DNA of 64,000 nucleotides from Fimicolochytrium jonesii. Lineage: Eukaryota. The stretch spans positions 1,612,001-1,676,000 of the forward strand of contig NW_026515670.1 of assembly GCF_025526975.1 (NCBI RefSeq), read 5' to 3'. Each line of letters opens with the position of its first letter. Positions within the stretch are counted from its first letter, which is position 1. The notes under the pieces are model-generated. The model was given only the letters and a program-made list of their open reading frames with translations, searched no databases and was not told the origin of the DNA. Below are positions 16,444-27,558 of the stretch, one piece after another. The translations under genes and the position numbers were made by a program.

Positions 16444-17081
16444 ATGCCCACGCTCCCGACCCTCCTCCACTTATTCCACTGCCTGCACCTCCCCACCACC
16501 CTCCTCCTCTCCCTGCAGACGCTCCTCCCCGCCGCCTACACGCATCTCATCCCCCCCTTCGTGGCGTCATCCCTGCAGTTCTGGTCGGACTTGTCCGGCG
16601 ACCCGTTCCTGGTGCCCGTCGAGCAGCAGGTCGGGTGGGTGAAGACCGTGCTGGTGACCGAATGTGTCGTCGTCGCGCCGTATCTGATTTGGGCGGTGAT
16701 GAAGGGAAAAGACGGTACGTTTTGTTACCGACGAGAGTATGTGTGGCCAATCCTGCCAAAACTCACAATGAAAATCACCCCCATCGGCAAATACATTTTA
16801 TAGCTCTCGCCTGGCGCACCCCGACGTCTGCCACCACCTCCAGCACCTCGACCTACACCGCACACCCCCTGACCCTCGTGTACCTCTCCCACTCGGCGAC
16901 CACCTCGCTCCTGCTGACCGCCGACCTTTTGCTCAACCCGGCGCACGCGTTCAAGGCCGGCCAGCGGTGGATGGCTGTGGGCGCTTATGCGCCGTTTGTG
17001 GTAGTGCCGGTGGCTTTTATTGTTGCTTTGAGTAGAGGCGCGGGGAGGGAGCGGAGGGAGGGGAAGGTTAAGAGGGTGTAG
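16444..17081 (+). CDS. EXPERA-domain (TMEM97/Ema19-like) membrane protein, 2 exons
   Basis: LHLPTTLLLSLQ, SGDPFL, WVKTVLVTECVV.APY, YLSHSATT, AYAPFVVVP pattern; several TM segments. Confidence 0.7.
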
Positions 17082-17341
17082 ATGCGAGGTGCCGGTTGGT
17101 AGAACGGCGGCATGGATGTTCCGTGGACGGGGTCAGCGTACTTCGCTCGCAAATAGAGATATATCTCCCTGATATAAGGTCCTACGTACGAAGCCAGTAC
17201 GCGCACATCTTGGATGTACTGTTGTAGAGTGATCTCGGGAGGGACGACCGAGAACTGTTCGAATACCTTCCTTGAACACGCGAACCACACCAGAAGGATG
17301 GCACATATGGCCAAGAGCGCAAGACCAAGAGATACTGCCAT
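16985..17341 (-). CDS. Orphan ORF with N-terminal hydrophobic anchor (uncertain)
   Basis: MAVSLGLALLAICAILLVWFAC; no family recognised; overlaps the 3' end of the EXPERA gene. Confidence 0.25.
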   Translation of the reverse strand: MAVSLGLALLAICAILLVWFACSRKVFEQFSVVPPEITLQQYIQDVRVLASYVGPYIREIYLYLRAKYADPVHGTSMPPFYQPAPRIYTLLTFPSLRSLPAPLLKATIKATGTTTNGA

Positions 17342-17507
17342 GCCAGGCCGGATTTCGGTTTGATTGTTACATGAGACATACTTTTTTTTCAGGCTGTTAA
17401 AAGGCAGGAGAGGCAACACTTAATAATGAAGCATAACGATCAAGTGGTATTTCAAGCGAAGGCGTCCGCCGAAGGCAAGAGCCGGGTGTATCTCAGAAGC
17501 CGGGAAC

Positions 17508-18011
17508 ATGCGGAAGGAGGCGCATTTGGCGTGCGTCGTGGCGCGCGACTTCCGTTTGGGAGAAGAGGGCGAGGGTCTCGTTGACGTGTCGCAAAAGGTG
17601 GACGAGCTGGATAAGAAGTGCGAACGTCATTTCGCCGCCATCATGAAAGAGGCTAAAGCTGCCCATCGACGCTTGGATCACGCTTTCCCGGCCTTGGATA
17701 CCAGGATGTGTGCCATTGACGACAAGCTTGCACAGGTGACACGCAGACTGGAGAGTTTGACCGAGGAGACCTCACTGAACGCCGCGGGTTTATCGAAGTG
17801 CGAGAAAAGCATCGCAGGTATAGCTATACAATCAGATCAACTAACGGACGCTGTCGAAGCCTTTGAGGAAAGTAGGAAAGTGACGGACAAGTCATTGGAA
17901 GGGATGCAACAAGATGTAAAAGAGCTGTACCAAGAAGTGGTCGATCTAAAGAAATTCAACGACAAGGTCGTCCTCTTCTACCATGAGGATGACAGCGAAG
18001 GAACCGGATAG
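17508..18011 (+). CDS. Intronless orphan coiled-coil protein
   Basis: 167-aa ORF with heptad-like E/K/L composition; no family recognised. Confidence 0.45.
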   Translation: MRKEAHLACVVARDFRLGEEGEGLVDVSQKVDELDKKCERHFAAIMKEAKAAHRRLDHAFPALDTRMCAIDDKLAQVTRRLESLTEETSLNAAGLSKCEKSIAGIAIQSDQLTDAVEAFEESRKVTDKSLEGMQQDVKELYQEVVDLKKFNDKVVLFYHEDDSEGTG

Positions 18012-18131
18012 AATATCCCATGATTTACAGTTTACATCTTTTACATCTGCCAAATTGCATAGGGCGTTGAAAAATAAACTCACTGACTATCAATGGCGTG
18101 GGTTGGGGAAATGCAGCTTCCCCCGGAAATA

Positions 18132-19167
18132 TCACACAACAATCTGGCTACCACTCGCTATGCCTCCTATTCCATTGCAGGTAACGACGAGATTACGCCC
18201 AACGTGAACGCACGAATTCTGGATGTTGATGACCACTTGGCTTCTCTGTGAAGCCACTACCTGTTGCTGCTGGTGCTGCGTGGTTCTGGTACGGCGGCGG
18301 CAACCAGCACCGCCTCTGATATGTCGTGGCACACCGTAAATTCCCGATCTCAGTTTCAAGCCGGCTAACCAAGTGAAGAAGGGCTCGTACAGCTTCCACT
18401 CTGTCAAACGATGTTTGTTGCGGTGTCCGTGATGGGTTCTATCATATTGCACACGTTAGAATATTTGATGATATTCAGAACTTCGCCCTCACGGACCACA
18501 GACCTTCCAAAAAGAGTATGAATCAGTCCATGCAGTCCTTCCGGAACCCTAGGAGCATTATCTCCGAAATAGACGAAGTCGTCCGCCAGAAGGACATTCT
18601 TTCCCCTCAAGTCCACTGCTTGATGCTCATGAGGACATTCTCCATTCACCCAAACGCCTTCACGATAACCACAATCCCCACATAATGATGGTACGATGTG
18701 GACCCGGGTAGCGGTATCTTGAACCCGAGCGGTCCTCCTTGGTTGGCGTCGTCATGACATTTTCGGTAATATTCGTCGTAGCTTATCACCTCCTTCCAGC
18801 ATGCGACATATACGAGATATTTCGAACCCGAAACTTTGTCATTGTGAAGACCGATGGCCATGTCACCCACCGAGGCTGATTTCCTGATCTGCGATTTGCA
18901 TAAGGCCAACGACAGTCGTCCACCAGAAATATTAGGGGCGAGACCCGAATCGTTTGTCACCCAATAGAAATCCAGCTTGGGAGAAAGCTTGGATCGTTCC
19001 TCCTTCTTGGCGGCTATCATCACTTTTGAACAATCGACGAGGAAACGAAAGCTGGAACGGGAAGCAAGTTCGGCAAGAAGCGTCTCGGGGCGGCTGCCCG
19101 GTCGAAGAGGCCGGCGGGCGTCCTCATCGTGAGTAATGACTCTGGGTTTGTTTCTTTGAGCAGGCAT
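18132..19167 (-). CDS. Nucleotide-modification-associated domain 2 (Nmad2)-like gene; one putative intron (18439-18503) and one apparent frameshift near 18690, so possibly a pseudogene
   Basis: YWVTNDSGLAPNISGGRLSLALCKSQIRKSASVGD..LVYVA..ISYDEYY; GDCGY; DLRGKNVLLADDFVYFGDNAP; GHR..FFTWL..L..GIYGVP match the recalled Nmad2 motifs in order. Confidence 0.78.
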
Positions 19168-19944
19168 AGCGTAGCTCCGGTTGCTCCTCGTCGCTCCGGG
19201 AACGATGGCGTAAAGGACTGGAGGAGAGTCTACCAATCATGTAGAATTGAAAACAAACACCGCATACTCCCGCCGAGGTAAGAGCAACACACCCATCTAT
19301 TGATCACCCCCATCCCACATAGCACCACACACACAACATCGTACGAGGCCCATATCCACCATCAAGGATTAACAAAAACAATATATCAAAAACAAAAAAT
19401 ACACGAAAGAAACGAAAAAGACGTAACAAAAACATCCTCTTGGGGGCTGTGGGGGAGGTGTAACAAAAAAAACAACAGGGACATTTTTCTCTATGATGGA
19501 AGAACAGCAACGATGTAAAATGTATGTCAGAAGGAGAGTCTTTTTTGGAGTGGGTGGGGGCTGGGGGGCCGGTACGATGGTGGGGTCGTATGGGCTGCTG
19601 GTGTGTGGTATACTCGGGTGTGCGGTGCAGTGGGACGATCACCTGCCGGAATGCGTTCTGCCTCGAGTGAGGACATGCGTTTTGTGTCGTGCAGCAGCCC
19701 GCTCATCGAATATAAAGTGCTTGCTTGCATGCGTATGGGCGAGGAGGCGTGGGTTGGGTTGTGTGTCGGTCGACGGGAGGGTTTGCGAAAGGAGATGTGA
19801 CATGATTTGCGGAGGAGCCCTTGTCATGGGGGCCATCCGGGACCATGGCCGATTGCGGCGAACGGCGAAAACGCCGGAGTGGTCGTTCACAGCTTGCCCG
19901 CGTCACTCGTTCCGCGTCCTCCACCTCCCACATCCACACACCCC

Positions 19945-21159
19945 CTACCGAAACTCAAAAGCCCCAAAAGCGGTACTCGGCACGTGCTCCAAACTCAAAT
20001 GCTGGAACCACTCCGAATTGTGATGGAAATACAATCCGGTAATCTGCCCCGTCGATTTCTGGTACACGATGTAGTAGAAACCGGCGAAGGAGGCGCCGCT
20101 GATCGCTTTGATGCGGTAGTCGGGGACTAGGAAGAGTTCCTGTGGATAAATATTGGGGGGGAGTTGTGTGAGATGATGTTTCGGAACTAGAGGGTACTGT
20201 GAGCACGTACCTTCCAACGCATGAAGATAAAATCGCTGTTTTCGAAATCGTATGCGAAGCCATCGCGGTTAAAGATGTTCTCGTATTCTTTGAAGGCGGG
20301 AAACTTTGTCTAATTGCGAGGAAATCAAATGAGAATGACCACTACGGAGCGAAACTCGACCCATCCCGTTCTGCAACCACGTACCCAATGCTGCCGATCA
20401 ATGTGCTCATCCGCCTCCCATTTCCGCGTCAGAAAGCTGTATTTCGGCCCAATGATCTCCCCTTCAAAGAACGTGCACAGATCTGGCCAGTCGTCCGTCA
20501 GGCCTTTGATGCTTAGGTATCCGCATAAAAAGGAGCTGCGTAGATCTACGTGCTGTTGATAGGAGAAAGATTGATTAGTAAGATTATCATGGTTGCTTGA
20601 AGAGATCGGTTGGTTGGATGCGCGCTTGGCTAAACGATAGCCTGCTCGCTCGCTCGCGACAAGGAGGTTGGGCGCGATGTCATAAAAACGACCGTTCGCT
20701 ATCGCTCACGGTTGAAGACAGGGGCTCGCTTCGCTCGCCTAAAAATACCATTGTTCGCTTTCGCTCACGGTTGAAGACAGGGGCTTCGTTCGTCCTCGCT
20801 AACGCTCGGTATTACAATGGGCTCGCGTTGCTCGCATTCGCTATCGCTCTCGCTCACTCGGGTTCGCGTGTACATACCTGAATATCCACAGCCACCTCAT
20901 AACTATTTTTCCCACTCTTCTGTTCGCCCGTAAACTTGCTCCCGGAAAACAACGAACAGCAATGCCTATCAATCAACCTCTGATGCGGATCCCCACCCAA
21001 CTGAAGAATCGATCCTCTCCGCTTCCTCGGCTGAGTGCAAGTATCGTCGTCACCGTTACCGTCGCCGTCCGCTATGGGGTCCTCTGACCTGTCTTTGCGG
21101 ATGTGAGAGTCGGTGGAGGTTGAGGCGGGGGCGGCGGGGAGGGCGGCTGTTACGGGCAT
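19945..21159 (-). CDS. GID4: GID/CTLH complex substrate receptor Gid4 (Vid24-like)
   Basis: [83 protein letters not shown]. Confidence 0.95.
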
Positions 21160-22507
21160 GTTGGGGAGGGTGGTGGGAGCCGTTGTTGGTGAGGGTGGGG
21201 GTGGGGTGGGAAAATGGGGGGAAGCCGCTGAGATTTGTGGGCGGCGGCTGGAGGAATGTGAAGAAGCGCTACGCCAAGAGTGCAGGTACTGTATAAACGG
21301 GTGCGGAGCTGCTTCACGCTAGAAGGAGAGTGGTCGGTAAAGGGGAAGGAAGCAGTCTATTGTGAGTGAGTGTGTGCGTATATGTCTATGTATATGTAGG
21401 GTGGGCGATATCATATGGGAGGGTACAGTAAATATCTCCCTGTGTGATATGCGTTCTGTTCCGTTCTGTGAATCTGCGGGCTAAAAATACGGACGCGATG
21501 GGTGACTGTTTCCCATCAGGTTTCCCATAGCCGCCGCCCGCCGTGACTCGCGCGCGCCTCTCATGAGGACTGCCTTCTGAACTAAATCTGGCCATCGTAA
21601 CCCTAACCCTATTGTTCCCGTCTGTAACAACGCGGATTCACAAGAGATCGCCAAAAAGAGGGTCTCATCAGCTGGTCCGGAGATAACGATCGGCCCGGAG
21701 TCTCGGCGTCTCGCCTCTCACAATAACGCAAGGCATTCATGAAACCGCTGGATGCAAGTGGAGGGGTGGCGGTTCAGCCCCGGAAGTCGGGATCTCCATG
21801 TGGATAGACTCCCCGGCCTATGGTTAACCCGCACATCCATCCACATCTGCCCGTGCTGTCAATGATTTCCGAAAGCCTGTGCTACTCTCTCTGCGGTGGG
21901 AACAAAGTCAGGGACGGATGGATTGGATAGCATGCCCACCGTTCTCTCATCACCGCCTTAAATAAAAAGACTGCATCTTGCGCAAAGATCGGGTTCTTTC
22001 CGTGCGCGCTGGGTTCCTTGTGTCGTGCGTGAGACGGACGACGTCGCCGTGCGGAGGAGTCTGCGCGTTACGAAGATACAAAGATAATACCAATTGCAAG
22101 CGATGCCATCGGACCGACGAGATGAGAGAGGCCGATTGCAGTCCAGACCCTTCTGCTGTACCTACTATGTACAGAGTATGTACAGTACCTATCGGAGGGC
22201 AGGCTCAGCGATGGGGGCGAATTTTCTGCATGACGCGCGCAGGGCTTGCGACCAGATCGTGGGGACCCTTCCTCGCTTGGAAGGCGCGTCTCGTCCTAGA
22301 TACTAGGGATGATGTCACTCCTTCCCTATGAGGCTTAGATCTAGCACTCGAGTTTTTCACACATGCTTCAGTACTACTCCTCTCGTCAACCCTCATACTA
22401 TAAAAGGCTGCAAACGAACCCTCGCGCCCCCGCCCACGCTTCTCCTCAGTCAGTCCCACTCAGCTCCCCCCCTCCCCCCCCCCCCCCCCCATCCATCCAC
22501 TCCAAAC

Positions 22508-24134
22508 ATGTCAAAGCCCCTCCTCAAACAGTCCCGCCGCAACCTGCCCCCACCGCCAGTCAGCCTGCGCAGGACGCAGACACATCACAATGAATCCGTT
22601 CCGCTCAACGGGACCATGATGCAGTTCTTTGAGTATGTTTTCGCCCACCCATTTTCACTTTCAGCGCTATATTTCATCAGTGCGCGATTACTTATGTGTG
22701 GGTGTTCCTTTTTTTTTTTTTGGATTTGAAGGTGGCATGTACCGTCAGACCAGAAACACTGGGATAGGCTGCAGGAACGCGCGGCAGAGTTGAAGAAGAA
22801 TGGTGTGACGGCGGTTTGGATCCCGCCTCCGACGAAAGGGTATGCATATGGTTTGATGCGACGGGGGGATCCGAGTGGAGAGAGAAGACGCGAGCGGAGC
22901 CCCGGGGATTGCGCCTTGGGCGAGCCTTAGCGAGCGAAGCGAGCCACACTCCTGCCCACGGCAACTCAACGTCCTCCTCGGGTATTGTTTGTCGATGGTG
23001 GGCGACAGCGAACGGTCGTGGTTCACACATCGTCCATCCCACATCATGCATCGCTCATCACTTTCGCATCGTCCTCATCCAGAGCAAGCAAAGACTGCGT
23101 CGGTTACGCCATCTACGATCTCTGGGACCTCGGCGAATTCGACCAAAAAAACACGGTGGGGACAAAGTACGGCACAAAAGAATCCCTCAAAAAGGCCATC
23201 AACGCGTGCGTCATGAACGGCATCCACGTGTACGCCGACGCCGTGCTCAACCACAAGCTCGGCGCCGACAAGACCGAGACGTTCCGGGCCGTCGAGGTGG
23301 CGAGGGACGACACGACCCACGATATCTCGGGCCAGCAGGAGATCAAGGGGTGGACAAAGTTTGAGTTTCCGGGGAGAGGCGACAAGTATTCGTCGTTCAA
23401 GTGGAACTTTAACCATTTCACGGGCGTGGATTACAATGCGGCCAATAAGAGGCAGGGCATTTATCGGATTTTAGGAGACGGGAAATACTGGGTAGGTTTT
23501 TGTGGGGCTGCCAGCTGTGGCTGAAAGGTTGAGTGCTCGCCCCCTAAGCGGGAGTGGATTCTCTCTTCCGATGGACTGATCTGTCGACTCATGGTTTTGA
23601 TTTAGTCCGACAATGTGGATAACGAGAACGGAAACTACGACTACCTGCTCGGAGCTGATCTCGATACGGCGCATCCCGAAGTCGCCGAGGAGGTATGTGG
23701 ACCAACCACTGGGAAGATGTAACAATCTCCATCGCTATACACCCGTCTCACATCCCATCCCTCCGCACCTCAACAGCTGAAGAAATGGGGAGTATGGGTC
23801 ATCAACGAGCTCAACCTCTCGGGCTTCCGTCTGGACGCGGTCAAGCACATCGACGCCAAATTCATGGCCGAGTTCCTCGAGCACTGCCGGTCCCACACGT
23901 CGCTCGGCCAAAACATGTTTGCCGTCGCCGAGTACTGGAAGAACAGCATGAGCGATCTGGAGGACTACCTCGACGTGCACGACTGGAAGCTGTCGTTGTT
24001 TGACGTGCCGTTGCATTTCAACTTTGCCGAGGCTGCTGCCAAGGGCAGGGATTACGACATGACCAAGATCTTTGATGGGTCGTTGGTGCAGGCGCATCCG
24101 ATGCAGGCCGTGACCTTTGTCGTAAGTAGCCAAA

Positions 24135-24174
<40 letters not shown>

Positions 24175-24772
24175 CATCTCTCCCAACCCCCTCGTTGGTA
24201 ACTCATCATCATCATCATTCATCCCCTTCCTTGCGCACAAAAATGCCCCGCAGAACAACCACGACACGCAACCCGGCGAATCCCTCGCGTCCTGGATCCC
24301 ACACTGGTTCCAGCCGCACGCGTACGCGCTGATCCTCCTCCGGCGCGACGGGTACCCCTGCGTGTTCTACGGTGACGTCTACGGGATCTCTGGAGCGGCG
24401 CCCGTCGAACCGCTGGCCGCCCCCGCCATCACCAACATCATGAAGGTGCGCGCCCACTTTGCTTACGGCGACCAGGACGAGTACCTTGACCACCCCAACA
24501 CCATCGGGTGGGTGCGCCGCGGCGACGAGAAGCACCCGCAGGGGTGTGCCGTCGTGCTGTGTGCCGGGGACGAGGGCCACAAGCACATGTTTGTCGGCGA
24601 GGCCAAGGCCGGGGAGAGGTGGGTGGATGTGGCCGGGGGACGCAGGGAGGTGCTGGTGATTGGAGAGGACGGCTCGGCGGATTTCCCGTGTAACGGCGGG
24701 GCCGTCAGTGCGTGGGTGAGGATGGAGGAAGCCAGGGACGTGATGGCGTGGAAGGAACAGGACGAGGCGTAA
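22508..24772 (+). CDS. Intracellular alpha-amylase, GH13 subfamily 5 type
   Basis: NGTMMQFFEW, VGYAIYDLWDLGEFDQK, DAVLNHK, GFRLDAVKH, VAEYW, NHDTQPG, GYPCVFYGD; no signal peptide. Confidence 0.95.
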
Positions 24773-25410
24773 ATCACACGCCCCGCAGCTTGTCTTTTTG
24801 TTTGTTTTGCGTGAGTGAGCTCCTACCCCTCTGTTACGCGTATCAGCATATCCCCACCTCTTGATCAGCCTCTTGATATCTATTCTACACACCCCCCCAC
24901 ACACATGTCTCATAGAAACCTGTACAGAACATGGCACCATTTCTCCCACGCATCCGCCCCCCTTCCTCCCACCCAGAACGCAAAAAAAACAACCAAATGA
25001 ATGCGGAAAATACAACCACCCCCACCCCCATCGTAAGCCCGCATGGTGTAGAAAAGCGGGTGGGGGGGGGGGGGGGACGGGTCATGACGGGTATAGTAAC
25101 GCCGTGGATGGGATCGTAGCACGTCCGCTGATGAGTTTTTTGTTTGGGGGGGGGGGGGGGGGCTACCCCGCGTGTGTGTTCGGAATCTGCGTGTAGCGGT
25201 CATAGCGGGGGGACGCCTGCCCACAACCGCGGTCGTCATGTTCACCTCGTCTTTCTCCGTCGATCAAAAGCAAAATGAGGTATATATTGCTCCAACGCCC
25301 CATTCACAACAGATTTTATGTACCAACTCGCTATCGCATGCTCAGGGGGGTGGTGGAAAAAGTATATACAAAGAAAGGGGAACAGCGACCAATGGGGATT
25401 TCTTTTTTTT

Positions 25411-27558
25411 TCACACAGCCGAGACCGCGCTCACAGCCGGTGCCCAGACGGTCCTCATGACGGGCCAGCGTTCGAGGCGCGAACACGGGGCGACGGCGAC
25501 GTAGGTGGTGTCGAGGCGGGACAGGGCGGGGAGGAGGCCTAGACTGGTCATCCACTTCGGTTGTTGTTGTTGGGGGTGGTGTTGTACAACAATCCCATTC
25601 TGTGATGGTGTGGGTGGGTCGTCGGCGGCGGTTGGTGGTGTTGTGGTGGTGATGTGACGGATTCCACCGCGATGATGACTCCCCTCGTTTCCCTTGACAC
25701 ACCCGGATCCCAGGGTCGTAAACTTCACATCCACATTCACATTCTTCACGTCACCATCGACGGACTTCGTAGGAAATGCCAAGCGACTCTTGGACCCACC
25801 CGTGATGAGGTAGGCCACCGAGTTGAAGAGGTGCATTGCTAGGAGGGTTGTCAGTGGTGGAGTGGTGGTAGGTGTTTTATTGTGAGATGTGAAGGGTTGG
25901 CGAGCCTGGGTCGGGGTATGCGTTGGAAATGGTGTTGGTGAGGGGCGAGCCGCCGCTTTCGTCGGACTGATCGAGTCCGATGTCGGTTCCTCCTCCTCCT
26001 CCTTCTCGTTGTGGTTGTTGCTCGTTTTCGATTTCGTCGCCGTCGTCGTCGAAACAGACGAAATCGTCGAAATCAACGGTGTCCGATCCCGGTTCGCGTT
26101 TGACGAGTGGGGAGTCGGGGGTGTTGATTTCGATTCCGTTGAAGGAGAGGGAGGGGTCGTTGACAAAGTCGAGGAGACTTTCGAAAGCGGCATTGATGTT
26201 TCCGATACCGTTGTTTTCGCGCTTGACTGTTTGCATCCGTGCGGGATGTCAACACTTGGGGGGGGGTCAGTGTTGTCATTGGCGTCGTCACTGCTGAGGT
26301 GACGACTGTTCTTTCTCTTGACCACTGCAGGGTCGGATGAAGAAAGGGCGCCAAGCGTGAGGGTATCGGAAAAGTCGTATGTGGTGGTTGGGAGAGTGGA
26401 AGAGGTGGGGTTGGTGATGATGTGGGTGTGGTTGTTGCCGAGACCGGAGCCGGGGACAAGGGATCCGAACCCGTTACCGGCGATGGTGGCGCCGGCGGAA
26501 TCGTAGTCGGTAGAGCTGGTGAGTTTAAATCGTTTGGAGATGGAAGCGAACTGAGACGCGAGGTCCTCGAGGCGGGACATGAGGGTGAAGTTGCTGCGTT
26601 CGGTGACTTCGAGGCGTTTGGCGAGGTTGGCGTTGTGTTGCTGCAGCGCGGCGTTGGTGGCTTCGAGGTCGTCCATGTATTTGCGTTTCTTATCGCGGGA
26701 GTCTTGGGCGGCTTGGCGATTGCGGATTGCTCGGTCTTTTGCTCGTTGTTCTTTTTCTTCGGGGGTTAGTTTGCGTCGTTTTCCCGGGGCCGCTTTGTGT
26801 GCTGTGGGTTGTTCGTTGCCTGAGGATTCATCCAATGTTGTGGATGCCGGGGAGAGAGGGTGGCTTGCCCGCGAGGAATCTGCGGATTGCTTGACGGTCG
26901 ACTTGGGTAGGAGGATAGGAGGCTGCAGAAACGGATCTGTCGATGAACTTGTGGTGGTCGAGATAGGGGATATCTGTTGAAGGAGGGTGTCGTCGATGGT
27001 CGAGTTCGGCGGGGAAAGTAGGGAGAGAGTAGGGAGATCAAGCAGCTGCGGTGTTGAAGCTGGAGCCGGTAGCGCCAACGCCGCTTCGGCGGCGAGAAGA
27101 TCAGCGAACACAAAGTCTTGCGAAAACAGGCCGCCGCTCAGCGGTGGTGTCGTCAAGGCCGCTTGCGAACCATCATCGTAGAGATCAGCAAAGAGGGCTT
27201 CCAGGTCCGCGTTCGTCACTTCTTTCCTAGCGGGCATGAGCAGGCTGTCCTGACCAATCGCCGTGGGTGTCAATGGGAGGGTCAGGGATGGGAAGTTGGC
27301 GAGTGTCGCCGCCGCTGCCGATGGGTCTGCGGCGGCGTTCGCAGCGTTGGCCGATCCCAGCAATGCGGTAAAGTCGTCCAGATCAGGGAACGCCACGCCC
27401 TGTCCCCATAGGGAGAACGCGGCCGGCGAAAGCGCAGGAGAGACGGACGACGGCGGAGGACTTTGGCCGGATGAATTTGACGTCGTGTCCGTTGGGCTGC
27501 CGAGACCCCACGTCGGGTGTTGACGGATGTGGGCCGACGCTGGGAACGGAGGCGACAT
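25411..27558 (-). CDS. HAC1: bZIP transcription factor, HAC1/XBP1-like (unspliced ORF 715 aa; predicted spliced form stops at 25877)
   Basis: KRRKLTPEEKEQRAKDRAIRNRQAAQDSRDKKRKYMDDLE bZIP; DPAV at a CTG|CAG stem-loop; acidic C-terminus in an alternative frame. Confidence 0.88.
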   Translation of the reverse strand: MSPPFPASAHIRQHPTWGLGSPTDTTSNSSGQSPPPSSVSPALSPAAFSLWGQGVAFPDLDDFTALLGSANAANAAADPSAAAATLANFPSLTLPLTPTAIGQDSLLMPARKEVTNADLEALFADLYDDGSQAALTTPPLSGGLFSQDFVFADLLAAEAALALPAPASTPQLLDLPTLSLLSPPNSTIDDTLLQQISPISTTTSSSTDPFLQPPILLPKSTVKQSADSSRASHPLSPASTTLDESSGNEQPTAHKAAPGKRRKLTPEEKEQRAKDRAIRNRQAAQDSRDKKRKYMDDLEATNAALQQHNANLAKRLEVTERSNFTLMSRLEDLASQFASISKRFKLTSSTDYDSAGATIAGNGFGSLVPGSGLGNNHTHIITNPTSSTLPTTTYDFSDTLTLGALSSSDPAVVKRKNSRHLSSDDANDNTDPPPSVDIPHGCKQSSAKTTVSETSMPLSKVSSTLSTTPPSPSTESKSTPPTPHSSNANRDRTPLISTISSVSTTTATKSKTSNNHNEKEEEEEPTSDSISPTKAAARPSPTPFPTHTPTQARQPFTSHNKTPTTTPPLTTLLAMHLFNSVAYLITGGSKSRLAFPTKSVDGDVKNVNVDVKFTTLGSGCVKGNEGSHHRGGIRHITTTTPPTAADDPPTPSQNGIVVQHHPQQQQPKWMTSLGLLPALSRLDTTYVAVAPCSRLERWPVMRTVWAPAVSAVSAV
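26242..26327 (-). other. Predicted 86-nt IRE1-cleaved unconventional intron
   Basis: Sense strand GACC-CTG|CAGT-GGTC and CATC-CCG|CACG-GATG hairpins with 7-nt loops; 86 mod 3 = 2 joins the bZIP frame to ORF 25877-26236. Confidence 0.8.

Noticed and set aside
22508..24772. Bacterial-like amylase as a recent horizontal transfer
   Set aside because: GH13_5 intracellular amylases are an established fungal group and this gene has several introns
26294..26327. Shorter 34-nt IRE1 intron ending at CAG|CAG
   Set aside because: Gives the +1 frame (basic, stops at 26073) rather than the acidic tail, and the site is not centred in a 7-nt loop
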